A stretch of 31,497 bases of DNA from the IMG/VR virus record IMGVR_UViG_3300023283_000360, positions 1 to 31,497 of that record, one strand, 5' to 3'. The notes under the pieces are model-generated. The model had not been told where the DNA came from. It saw nothing but the letters and a program-made list of their open reading frames with translations, and made no database searches. Both the position numbers and the translations under genes were made by a program. The stretch is from a virus (Duplodnaviria > Caudoviricetes). Each line of letters begins with the position of its first letter. Positions within the stretch are counted from its first letter, which is position 1. Shown here piece by piece: positions 17,950 to 26,370 of the stretch.

Positions 17950-20136
17950 TTAGCGACGCCGCTGGCGCGGCGCCTCCGGGCGTTGGCGAGCGGCCTGCGC
18001 TTGCATGCCCGAAGCCGTGAGCTGTGTCTGACTCTGCAGCACAGCCTTGTCCAGATCGGCCTCCCGGTCACGCTGGTTCTCGTTACGCTGCATCAGCGTC
18101 TGGAACCGAGTGAGCCCCTCCTTGTTCCCGGCGTGCACCGCCGCGAGCTGGAGCTTGTTCTGCAGATCGGCCATCTTCTTCTGCAGGTCGGCGCGCAGGC
18201 GTTCGGCCTCCATCTGGTACTGCGCCTGGAGGTCGAGCATCTCACGCTGCTCGCCGGCGACCTCGGTCTGGGCCTTGGCCCGCTGGAGCTGGGTCCGCGC
18301 CTGGAGCTCGCCGACCTTGGCCTCGAGCTCGGCAGCCTGGAGCTGGAGCATCTGCATCTGCAGCTCCGCCATCTGCTGCTGCTCGGGCGTGGGGTCACCG
18401 AGGCCCGCAAGCTGCTTGACCTCCTCGGCGATCTTGCGCTTGCCCTGCAGGTGGCTCGCGAGAATGATGTGGTGGTCGGGGATGTTCACCCCCGCCTCAC
18501 GCAGCTGCAGCGCCTCGGCGAACTGGGTCTCCTGGAAGGTCTCGCGCGCCGGCGCGGTGGCGACGACCACCTCGTACTCGCCAACGGTGATGTCGTTGAC
18601 GATCGCGCCGGCCGCCTGCTGGTTAATCGCGACCTCCTGCTGCGGGGCCTCGGGGTCGCGCCAGTCGGTGATGTGGAACACCCGCGGCTCGGTGTAGTGC
18701 TTCTGCACGACGCGCATGACGCGTCGCGCGAGCAGCTTGCGGGTGAAGTTCAGGTTATCGAAGACCACCTGCAGGCCCATCAGCGCGCGCGACTGCGACT
18801 GCTCGAGGGCCACGCCCGAGACCTCGGCCTTGGGCTGCTGGCCGAGCAGGCCGGCCGCCCCCGGGATCCCCTGGATGTAGCCGAGCGCCTTCTGGGAGTA
18901 GTTCTCGAGCCCGGTCGGGATGGTGTTCGGCTCGATCTTGGCTGGTGGCTGACGGTTCTTCGCATAGACCAGCACCAGACCGGTCTCCGCGCCTCGTTCC
19001 TCGAGCTCCTCGGTGGACATGTTGACCAGCGAGCCGGCCTCTACCACCCAGCCTGAGTTGGCCGTGGTGTTGATGATATGCAGGCCTTGGCTCTCGACCT
19101 TGTTCAGCTGGTCCTGTGGGTCGACGATGTGGCGCACCAGCCCCGAGGGCCGGCCCCGCCGGAAGAGCGGGAAGTAGGGGATGATGGTGAAGTCGTCGTA
19201 GGGCGACCAGTCGTCGTGCAGCAGGACGTGGTCGGCGCTGACCGTCCAGCGCACGCGCTTTTGCATGCGCTTGCGCACCCCGAGCTGGTGGGCCCGGGCA
19301 ACGGCCTGGACACGGGCTTCCTCCCAGTCTTCGGGCACCGGACGGGCCTCGCCCGTGATGAGGTGCACGAACTCGCGCACCATGGCGAGCCGGCGGTACT
19401 GGCGCTCGATGACCCGCACGCTCTTCACCCGGCGCTCATCGCGCGCGTCGGTCGGGACCCAGGGCGAGTCCTCGCCGTAGGTCTCGTAGCGCACGCTGCG
19501 CTCGCCGAAGGTCGACTGCGGGTCGGCGGCGACGGCGGTAACGCTGCGGCGCTTGTCCTTGCCGTAGAAGAGCTCGATGTCATCGAGCGAGAGCCAGCGA
19601 TCGCGCCAGACCTCACCCCAAGTACTCGGGTCGTAGTCGCTCGCGCCCGGATCGATGATCACCGTACGAGGATCGACGGCCGTGATGCGCACCTCGCCGA
19701 GCATGTTCTCGGAGAAGTCGAGGCGCACGTCAAAGAAGCCACGATCCTCGATGATGCCGTCGTCGAAGACCTGCGGCTCGACGCGGTCGTGGAAGTCGTT
19801 CTCCTCGAGGATGTGGTCGATCAGGCGAGTGAGCGAGTTCGCGATCGCGTCGTTCGCACCGTTGCGCTTCGGGCGCGTGACGATGTCGGCCCGGGTCGCG
19901 GAGTACTGACCGTGGACCGTGTTGACGATCTGCAGGACCTCGTTGAGCGTCAGCGCCGGGCGGCCCTGCTCGTCGAGCTTGTCGAGGTCTTCCTTCGCCC
20001 ACTGCTCGCCGAGGTAGTAAGCGTTGAACTTACGCGCCTGGCGCAGGTAGCTTTCATGACCGGACGTCAGTGCGCGCTGGAACGCCGTCCAGTTCGCCGC
20101 CGCCGGGTCCAAGGTGGAGACGTCCTTGTCGGTCAT
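17950..20136 (-). CDS. Portal protein, P22/N4-like with C-terminal coiled-coil barrel (728 aa)
   Basis: YYLGEQW..L..QGRPALTLN, FTIIPYF, GLVRHIVDPQDQLNK, SGVALEQ, Gln-rich C-terminal helix; follows TerL. Confidence 0.92.
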   Translation of the reverse strand: MTDKDVSTLDPAAANWTAFQRALTSGHESYLRQARKFNAYYLGEQWAKEDLDKLDEQGRPALTLNEVLQIVNTVHGQYSATRADIVTRPKRNGANDAIANSLTRLIDHILEENDFHDRVEPQVFDDGIIEDRGFFDVRLDFSENMLGEVRITAVDPRTVIIDPGASDYDPSTWGEVWRDRWLSLDDIELFYGKDKRRSVTAVAADPQSTFGERSVRYETYGEDSPWVPTDARDERRVKSVRVIERQYRRLAMVREFVHLITGEARPVPEDWEEARVQAVARAHQLGVRKRMQKRVRWTVSADHVLLHDDWSPYDDFTIIPYFPLFRRGRPSGLVRHIVDPQDQLNKVESQGLHIINTTANSGWVVEAGSLVNMSTEELEERGAETGLVLVYAKNRQPPAKIEPNTIPTGLENYSQKALGYIQGIPGAAGLLGQQPKAEVSGVALEQSQSRALMGLQVVFDNLNFTRKLLARRVMRVVQKHYTEPRVFHITDWRDPEAPQQEVAINQQAAGAIVNDITVGEYEVVVATAPARETFQETQFAEALQLREAGVNIPDHHIILASHLQGKRKIAEEVKQLAGLGDPTPEQQQMAELQMQMLQLQAAELEAKVGELQARTQLQRAKAQTEVAGEQREMLDLQAQYQMEAERLRADLQKKMADLQNKLQLAAVHAGNKEGLTRFQTLMQRNENQRDREADLDKAVLQSQTQLTASGMQAQAARQRPEAPRQRRR

Positions 20137-20219
20137 GCTCCCTGCATCGTCGTGCCGGGCGTTCTACCCGGGGAAGGGGTCCCCCGTCCTTGGGGGTGGG
20201 GCGCGTCCATGTCCCGAGC

Positions 20220-20250
20220 ACCGTAGCGGAAGCGCGCTTGGGACTGCTAC
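20220..20250 (-). promoter_or_regulatory. Putative late promoter for portal gene
   Basis: GTAGCAGTCCCA-N13-TACGGT; box contains the TerL stop codon. Confidence 0.7.
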
Positions 20251-23200
20251 GCCGTGCGCCAGCTCTTGCCGCGTCGTCCGCTGCCGCCGAGGCGATCGCG
20301 CCAGGACTTCTTGCGCTCGCCCCGCGGGCGGGTCGGCACGATCATGTCCTCGAGCAGCGACCCTAACCAGGCGAAGGCGTCGCAGTTGTGGGTGAGGACG
20401 CCATTGGCGAAGTAGACGTGGGCGTCTTCCACCGTCAGGTTATAAACCGGGTGCTTGCCGGGCAGCCGTTCTACGCTTTGCACGCTTTCGACGCCCGTAG
20501 GCCCTACCGCACCCGGCGCCTCCCCACAATGTATTGCTCCCGAGCAAGTAAGCGCATCCATCCTAACGAAGCCCTGGTTAGGACTGCTTATCGGGTGGTT
20601 CGCCGTCGCATCCAGGGACCGCCCGGCGGCGGTTCGCAGACGCAATAGCTCGCTGCAGCCGGTCTGTCCTGCGGCCAGCACCCGCTTGGGGCCGGCGGGC
20701 GTGGTCACATAGTCCCCCACCTGGATCGACTCGATCGGTCGGGGGCCCCGAGGCGTAGAGATCCGCGTACCAGCAGCAACGCACATGTCATCATGTCGCC
20801 CGGCAGGGAACTGCACGAGCTCGCGCCGGAACTCGTCGTACCACGGCGCGTCCTTCGGGATCTTGACCTTGCCCTGGCGCATGCGCGCCTGGATGGGGCG
20901 GGCCCGGGCGACCTTGTCCTTGTTGCCGTGGGCGAGGTCGATCACGTTGGCGCCGTAGACCCGACGCTCCTCGAGGCGCTTCTCGAGGAACGGCCCGATC
21001 GCCATGGACAGGTGGGATTTCTCCACACCGATGGCGTCCTGGTGGAAGCGCAGGTAGCTGTCGATCAGCCGCTCGACGATCTCATAGCCGTCGCACCGGT
21101 CGCGCTCCAGGTCGACGATCCACAGCGTGTCCGCCTCGTCCACCCCGCCGGTGATGCACACGGTGTAGTCGTTGCCATCCTTCAGACCGATGGCGAGGTC
21201 CCACGTCGAGTAGTGCACCAGCTGCTTCGGGATGTCGGCGAGGTAGCACTCCGCGGCGTCGACCATCTCGGGCGGGAACTGCGCGACCTCGCCGGCCGTG
21301 GGGTTCTGCTGGTAGAGCGCCGCCCAGGTCTGCGGGTCGCGCTTATACTTCTCGAGCAGCCGCATGGGGTAGCGCTGCGGGTGCAGGGGTTCTCCTTTCT
21401 TGCGAAGCAACGTCGCCGAAGGGGAGTACTCGGTGACGATGCGCCCGTCTGGCAACCGGTACTCGTCGTGCTCAGCCACCGCCGGGTAGCACACGACCTC
21501 CCAGTCACCGCCGTCCTCAATGCGGCCCTCCTCGTCGAGTACACGGCCGGTGAGATCGGCGAGATGCCAGCGAGTTTGTATGATCAGCGCCCCGCCGCCC
21601 GGCATGAGGCGTGTGATCGCGGAGCTGTTGTACCAGCGCCAGATGGCGTCACGCACAGTCGGTGAGTAGGCTTCGCGGTCTCTGTGGGGGTCGTCTATCG
21701 CGAGGATGTGGGCGCCGTAGCCGGCGATACCCGCACCGACGCCGACCGGCTTATAGTAGCCGCCCTGCTCGGTGCGCCAGCCCATGGCGGCCTTGTTGTC
21801 CTTGTCGAGGGCGAAGTCTGGGAACACGGTCCTGAATGACGGCTCCTTGGTGTAGTTGAGCACATCGCGGGAGTTGTCCATCGCAAGGCGGTCGGAGTGC
21901 GTCGCGCTGATTACCGAGCACGTCGGATTGCGCCCGAGGAACCACGCCACCAGAGCCTTGGAGGCGAGCTCCGAGTTGTGGGTCGGGATGAGCTGGCGGC
22001 CGGCGAGATACAGTCCGTCGGGCGAGTCAACCGTGATGCACCGCCCGACGGCCGGGTGCTCCGCACGTCGCACGTCCCGAATGCCGATGCGCCGCTGGCG
22101 CGCGAGGCGCGTGACGCGTTTGCGCGGAATGCGCGTCGGTATCGGTAGCGTTGGTTGGAAGCCGATGTAGTAGACTGTCCGCCGGCCCTCGATCCCGCTG
22201 GTCGAAAGCCCCGGCGGGACCTCGTCCGCGAGGTAGGGGCGAAAGCCGAGCGTCGTGCATAGATCGAGGATCCCATCACGCAGCGCTTCGGACGTCGTCA
22301 CGACGATCACGCGGGAGGTCCCCGGCTCAACATAACCATCGGTGTCGACCAGCCCGGCCAGCAGTTCGAGGCGTTGATCGACGGATCCGCGCAGGTACGG
22401 CGCGGGCACCGACTTCTCGTGGTAGACCCCGAGCTCGCGTAGCGGTGCGGCCAACGCGCCATCGCCGTAATAGCTACGATAGGTCCCGTAGTCACGGTGG
22501 ATATAGGTCTTCGTACACCGAACCTCGCGTGCGGCGAGTGCAGCTACGAGGACCTCGTAATCTTCCTTCGAATTGGTCAGCACGGGGCTGCCGCAAGTAC
22601 CGTCTCCGAGCCACGCGCCGAGAACGTAGGGATCGAGCGGGAGCTTCTGTTCCGGCATCTCCAGGGGCTGTGCAAGCGGCAGCTGGTACATGGCGCGGCC
22701 GCCGCGCTTACCCTTCGGCCCGGTCCAGAGCGAGCGGGGCTGCCCAGCCTTGATACCCCGCTTCGTCCGCTCCAGAAACCACCGGGTCTCGACGGTCATC
22801 CACCGCTTCGTCGAACGGTGATGCACGGTCCACTCATGCGCCTCGTGACACTGGATGACCTCGCCGTTGGTGAACTCGATCTCCATCGCGTCGATGCCCG
22901 GCGGGTGAACGGCCAGTACCTCGATGGGCTTGCCGGAGGGATGGAATACGTAGTCGCCGGGGCGAAGCTCCCCGTGTGAGGTCCAACCCGAGGTTGTTAG
23001 TATAGGTGTCTGATCCGCCAGCTCTTTCCCGTGACGAGGAGGAACGGTGATAATCATTCGCGGTGAGTCGCCCGCCTCGACACGACGCACGAAGCGCTCG
23101 AGCCGAGCGGCGAGGTCCATGTGGAACCACCCGGCGCGGTAGCCCTTCTTCAGCCGCTTGACGAAGGGCAGCAGGCGCCGGCGCGCGAGCTCCCGAGCGG

Positions 23201-23375
23201 CGAGCTCCTTGCGCGCCTCGGAAGACTGATCGATCGGCTCGACCTCGGCCCCACGCGCGCCGGCCACGCACTTCGGGCAGTAGTGCGCGGGGGCGTCCCT
23301 CGGCAGGTCCCCGCCGCAGCCGGTGCACACACCGGGGCGGTGGACGACGGCATCAAGCTCCTTGTCGACTCGCAT
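20247..23375 (-). CDS. terL: Terminase large subunit precursor with two inteins (1042 aa; 559 aa after splicing)
   Basis: Walker A VPPRHGK|S, Walker B ILAIDDP, IIQTRWH, ALYQQNP, nuclease WDLA..NDYT and FPAGRHDDM|CDA. Confidence 0.95.
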   Translation of the reverse strand: MRVDKELDAVVHRPGVCTGCGGDLPRDAPAHYCPKCVAGARGAEVEPIDQSSEARKELAARELARRRLLPFVKRLKKGYRAGWFHMDLAARLERFVRRVEAGDSPRMIITVPPRHGKELADQTPILTTSGWTSHGELRPGDYVFHPSGKPIEVLAVHPPGIDAMEIEFTNGEVIQCHEAHEWTVHHRSTKRWMTVETRWFLERTKRGIKAGQPRSLWTGPKGKRGGRAMYQLPLAQPLEMPEQKLPLDPYVLGAWLGDGTCGSPVLTNSKEDYEVLVAALAAREVRCTKTYIHRDYGTYRSYYGDGALAAPLRELGVYHEKSVPAPYLRGSVDQRLELLAGLVDTDGYVEPGTSRVIVVTTSEALRDGILDLCTTLGFRPYLADEVPPGLSTSGIEGRRTVYYIGFQPTLPIPTRIPRKRVTRLARQRRIGIRDVRRAEHPAVGRCITVDSPDGLYLAGRQLIPTHNSELASKALVAWFLGRNPTCSVISATHSDRLAMDNSRDVLNYTKEPSFRTVFPDFALDKDNKAAMGWRTEQGGYYKPVGVGAGIAGYGAHILAIDDPHRDREAYSPTVRDAIWRWYNSSAITRLMPGGGALIIQTRWHLADLTGRVLDEEGRIEDGGDWEVVCYPAVAEHDEYRLPDGRIVTEYSPSATLLRKKGEPLHPQRYPMRLLEKYKRDPQTWAALYQQNPTAGEVAQFPPEMVDAAECYLADIPKQLVHYSTWDLAIGLKDGNDYTVCITGGVDEADTLWIVDLERDRCDGYEIVERLIDSYLRFHQDAIGVEKSHLSMAIGPFLEKRLEERRVYGANVIDLAHGNKDKVARARPIQARMRQGKVKIPKDAPWYDEFRRELVQFPAGRHDDMCVAAGTRISTPRGPRPIESIQVGDYVTTPAGPKRVLAAGQTGCSELLRLRTAAGRSLDATANHPISSPNQGFVRMDALTCSGAIHCGEAPGAVGPTGVESVQSVERLPGKHPVYNLTVEDAHVYFANGVLTHNCDAFAWLGSLLEDMIVPTRPRGERKKSWRDRLGGSGRRGKSWRTA
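20385..20783 (-). mobile_element. Class 1 mini-intein (133 aa) in TerL nuclease active site
   Basis: CVAAGTRI start, TANHP block B, VYNLTV block F, VLTHN|C end; no endonuclease motifs. Confidence 0.93.
21975..23024 (-). mobile_element. Class 3 intein with LAGLIDADG endonuclease (350 aa) in TerL P-loop
   Basis: Begins ELADQTPILT; HEW block B, RCITV block F, IPTHN|S end; PYVLGAWLGDG and LLAGLVDTDG endonuclease blocks. Confidence 0.92.
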
Positions 23376-23404
23376 CCGTCCCTGGATGCCCCCTCTTGGT
23401 TACC

Positions 23405-23788
23405 TCACGCGGCCCGGCACTCGTGACTCCGGCTGACCGGAAGCATCTGATGCCGGCGGACGTCCCCCCAGAACACGCCGCTGGTGCGGTCGATGACGTA
23501 AGCGAGCCGGCCGTTGAAGAACACCGCCGCGGCGCTCCCTCGCGTGACGACCGTGGTGTAGGCGTCGGTGATGGATTGCCCGCCCATGCCGCCGAAACCG
23601 AGCGCGGTGTCCGACTAGGTCTGCGGGAAGTGATAGACCTGCACCTCGTCATCACGCGGGCGGCGCTCGCGTACTTCCTCCTCGCTCGAGCGCGGGCTGC
23701 GTGAGCGATAGCGCACGCCGGGCAGCGCGTGGTTGATCGCCTCGAAGTACGAAGCGCAAAGCGCTTTGATCGGATCACCCACCTGCAT
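23405..23788 (-). pseudogene. 127-codon phage hypothetical gene interrupted by in-frame TAG at 23615-23617
   Basis: AGGAGGTGA RBS + ATG 23788; MQVGDPIKAL...YHFPQT*SDTALGFGGMGGQSITDAYT continues in frame to TGA 23405. Confidence 0.75.
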
Positions 23789-24044
23789 CGATCACCTCCT
23801 CCAACCGGGTCATGGCGCGCTCGGCGGCCTCGTGCATCGCACGAAGCTCGTCGTACGCCGTACGTAGTGCGTCGTGCCTCGCGGCGAGGTCCGGCGCCCG
23901 GTCCACGTAGCCGCGGAAGACCACGGCGTCCCGCTCGGCGTCGTAGAGGGTGTCGTAGACGCGGGCATCCTCGGGATGGTCCACCCAGCCGTTCGCGCCG
24001 AGGTACTCGTGCTTCGTGCTTCGGACTACGTGCTTCGTGCTCAA
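23775..24044 (-). CDS. Hypothetical protein (89 aa)
   Basis: GAGGAG RBS, TTG start overlapping upstream TGA; contains two heptamer arrays. Confidence 0.6.
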   Translation of the reverse strand: MSTKHVVRSTKHEYLGANGWVDHPEDARVYDTLYDAERDAVVFRGYVDRAPDLAARHDALRTAYDELRAMHEAAERAMTRLEEVIDAGG

Positions 24045-24280
24045 TTGGGCGGCTCCTCGGCCGCGAGCGTGGCGAGGAGGTGGTGCTCGAGCACGCGGAG
24101 TTCCCCGATCAAATAGACGCTGCTGCAGGGCGCGACGTGCGCCTCGCACGCGTTGCCGGAGAGCTCGGCGACGTAGGCGAGCGAGAGCACCTCTCCGCGC
24201 CGGGCCAGCTCGAGGAGGCGCTCCAGGGCTTCGACCACCTCGGGCACCGGGGGGTGGCTGAAGTCGACCAACTTGACCAT
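24041..24280 (-). CDS. Hypothetical protein (79 aa)
   Basis: MVKLVDF..VVEALERLLELARRGEVLSLAYV; TGATG coupling. Confidence 0.7.
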   Translation of the reverse strand: MVKLVDFSHPPVPEVVEALERLLELARRGEVLSLAYVAELSGNACEAHVAPCSSVYLIGELRVLEHHLLATLAAEEPPN

Positions 24281-24384
24281 CAGGGGGCTCCGGGCATGGT
24301 GAACGTGGTCTGCACCTCCATGGCCCGGGCAGTCAGTACCGCGAGGGCCAGGAGGGCGAGGACGACGAACACGTCCCAGCGCAT
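24280..24384 (-). CDS. Small single-TM/secreted peptide (34 aa)
   Basis: MRWDVFVVLALLALAVLTARAMEVQTTFTMPGAP; exactly fills the gap with TGATG overlaps at both ends. Confidence 0.6.
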   Translation of the reverse strand: MRWDVFVVLALLALAVLTARAMEVQTTFTMPGAP

Positions 24385-24632
24385 CACCTGCCGGCCTCGA
24401 GACGGTGGAGGAGCTCGCGGGCGATGGCCTCCTTGGTCTCCGGCAGACGCCGCTCAAGCGCCGCCTCGACGTCCTGCGTAGCCCGGGTCAGGATCTCCGC
24501 GCCGTCGGCCATGAAGGGGGAGATGCCGGCGACGCGCAGGGCGGTGAGGAGGTGCTCGATAGCCTCGCGCTTGCGCAGCTCGTGTGTATCACGGGCACGC
24601 TCCTCGATGACCTCATCGACGAGACCGCTCAC
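24384..24632 (-). CDS. Hypothetical protein (82 aa)
   Basis: GAGGTG RBS, GTGA overlap, helical sequence MSGLVDEVIEE... Confidence 0.65.
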   Translation of the reverse strand: MSGLVDEVIEERARDTHELRKREAIEHLLTALRVAGISPFMADGAEILTRATQDVEAALERRLPETKEAIARELLHRLEAGR

Positions 24633-25261
24633 TGCGTCACCTCGTTCATCGCGCTGACCACCGCAGCGAAGAGGTAGTCTTTCGCCTTGTGCTCGTCGGG
24701 GAGGTGGTGGAAGGGCACCATACAAGGGTGGGTCCTCGCCTCAGGGTCCTTGGACTTGCCGTAGACCCAGCCCTCGGCCGCCTTGTGCTCGCGCCAGTGC
24801 TCGTGGAGAGCGCTGACGTCGGCGCCCGCCGTGTCGAGGAGATAGCGCACGCCGGCGTAGGTCGCATCGTGCTGCCACTGCGGGGCGTCGTGCCAGGGCG
24901 GGGCGGGCTCCTCACCGATCGCGGTCTGGTAGGCGCGGTTGACCTCGTGGGCGACCCGGGCGATGTCGTACAGGCTCGGGGGCTTCGGGGTAGCGGGGAC
25001 CGTGCCGTTGTGGCGCTGCTCGGCGAGCAGGAAGCCGAACAGCGGCCAGAGCTTCCCAAAAGCGTGGTTGAAGGCGACCTCGCGACCCAGCTCGGCGTCG
25101 AAGGCCGCCGGGTCCACGCAGGCGGACTCGCCGCGCACGCTGTAGCCATTAGTGAGGGTGAGGTGGCAGATGGTGACCGTCGTGTCGGGGAGCACATAGA
25201 ACTCCACCGAGTCGATCCGGTCCTTCATCTGCCGCTCGGTCACGCGCTGGGGCTCAGTCAT
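24629..25261 (-). CDS. Fusion: N4 gp49/Sf6 gp66-family domain + RyR domain (210 aa)
   Basis: TVTICHLTLTNGYSVRGESACVDPAAFDAELGREVA..KLWPLFGFLL, then IARVAHEVNRAY..HEHW..K..EGWVYG..KD..RTHPCMVPF..LP..KAKD. Confidence 0.85.
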   Translation of the reverse strand: MTEPQRVTERQMKDRIDSVEFYVLPDTTVTICHLTLTNGYSVRGESACVDPAAFDAELGREVAFNHAFGKLWPLFGFLLAEQRHNGTVPATPKPPSLYDIARVAHEVNRAYQTAIGEEPAPPWHDAPQWQHDATYAGVRYLLDTAGADVSALHEHWREHKAAEGWVYGKSKDPEARTHPCMVPFHHLPDEHKAKDYLFAAVVSAMNEVTQ

Positions 25262-25760
25262 GATCGTCGTCTCCTTGGGGGGTGGCGTGGTCGGGGAGGT
25301 TCAGGATCTCGTACTCACCCTCGATCGCGGCCATCTCCGCGAGTTGTTCGTCGTCGAGCTGGCGGATCTGGTCACGGCGGACATGGTTGACCTCGATCTT
25401 GGTCGGCTCATAGGCGCCGATGATCTTGCCGATCTCGCGCCAGGCGCTGACCATCTCGGTGGCGGTGGCCGCCATCTGCACCGCCTCCAGCATCCCGGCG
25501 AGCACGTCCTGGCGGGTGATCTGCATCTCGTGGGCGCGGACATGGATCGAGTACTCGATCGCCGCGCGCACGCGCTCGTCCCCCTCGAGCTGGGTCGAGG
25601 CGTCGACGGGGTACTCAAAGCCGGCCACGCGCGCCGCGGCCACGGGCGGCGTGCCCTGTAGCCGGGAGTCGATGTAGAGCTGCTCCTTGGGGCCGAGCAT
25701 CCCGAGCACCGTGTGCAGGCGCTTCGTCGCCGCAAGGACCGGCGTGAGGTGGTGCGTCAT
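25254..25760 (-). CDS. terS: Terminase small subunit (168 aa)
   Basis: HTH-like KEQLYID..G...AAARVAGF, ITRQDVL, MVSAWREIGKIIGAYEP; heads the late operon; ATG 25760 preferred over the 26069 extension. Confidence 0.8.
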   Translation of the reverse strand: MTHHLTPVLAATKRLHTVLGMLGPKEQLYIDSRLQGTPPVAAARVAGFEYPVDASTQLEGDERVRAAIEYSIHVRAHEMQITRQDVLAGMLEAVQMAATATEMVSAWREIGKIIGAYEPTKIEVNHVRRDQIRQLDDEQLAEMAAIEGEYEILNLPDHATPQGDDDHD

Positions 25761-25767
25761 GCCCGTG

Positions 25768-25798
25768 ATGAGACCGGAGATGGGACTGGGACTGCTAC
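25768..25798 (-). promoter_or_regulatory. Putative late promoter for terS (leaderless)
   Basis: GTAGCAGTCCCA-N13-TCTCAT-N7-ATG, no SD. Confidence 0.6.
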
Positions 25799-26067
25799 CC
25801 CCGGCGTTCCCGCCGCAGATATGATCGCGGTCTACCTCCCCCCTCCCACAGCGCGCGGCCTCGGATCGGATCGATCGCCGTGCGGCGTTTCGAACCGCCA
25901 CCCCCTTCGAACTGGGCCCCGCCGGCTTCGACCCCCCGGCCCCCCGTACGCCGCGCCGAGTGCCTCGTGCCTCGCGCTTCGATCGGCGCTCGCGGACTCG
26001 CGCGCTTGACGGGTTTTTCGTGAAGCTCGCGGGGTTGGCCTGCGAGCGTAGCAGTAGGAGATCAGCC

Positions 26068-26262
26068 ATGAGCTACAGCGTCCGCATCGGCAAGAAGTCC
26101 GCCCGCGTCTACATCCGCACGCCGAAGGGCGCCGTGCTGCGCCTGAAGCAGGAGGCGAAGGATCGCGAGGCGGCCAAGCAGCTCGCCCGCAGCGTCCGTC
26201 GTCGCCTCAGCGGCGGTGGGCGTCTCCGCAAGGACTGCTGGGACGTCGTGCGGCGCGCCTAG
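26068..26262 (+). CDS. Small basic hypothetical protein (64 aa)
   Basis: TAGGAG RBS, MSYSVRIGKKSARVYIRTPKG... Confidence 0.75.
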   Translation: MSYSVRIGKKSARVYIRTPKGAVLRLKQEAKDREAAKQLARSVRRRLSGGGRLRKDCWDVVRRA

Positions 26263-26282
26263 CGCGTCGCCCCCCTCCAACG

Positions 26283-26324
26283 CCCGTTAAGCGCTCGCAA
26301 GCTCGCGCGCTTGACGGGTTCTTT
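26283..26324 (+). terminator. Terminator-like hairpin
   Basis: cccgttaagcgc/gcgcttgacggg 12-bp stem (one G-U) followed by TTCTTT. Confidence 0.6.
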
Positions 26325-26370
26325 GTGACCTCGTTGTGGGGTCGCTCATTCCTTGTTGGGAGGATTCACC

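Larger units (their letters stand above)
25997..26328 (+). repeat. 27-bp direct repeat (25997-26023, 26302-26328)
   Basis: CTCGCGCGCTTGACGGGTT(T/C)TT(C/T)GTGA, 25/27 identical. Confidence 0.85.

Noticed and set aside
180-23426. Many long plus-strand ORFs (e.g. 299-1375, 14753-16180, 19078-20226)
   Set aside because: Antisense shadows of high-GC minus-strand genes; no RBS or motifs, Arg/Ala/Pro/Ser-rich
23615-23617. Genome-wide TAG reassignment
   Set aside because: TAG ends terL, the lipoprotein and the 7368 gene at sensible positions; only one internal TAG was seen
23353-23778. 141-aa ORF from the track
   Set aside because: Alternative frame 23405-23788 has the strong RBS and a recognisable protein sequence
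26048-26055. GTAGCAGT partial box on + strand
   Set aside because: Runs straight into the RBS with no CCCA and no -10 at 13 bp
25761-26069. N-terminal extension of TerS in the 271-aa ORF call
   Set aside because: Low-complexity translation across a promoter box, heptamer array and repeat; TerS-like sequence starts near 25760
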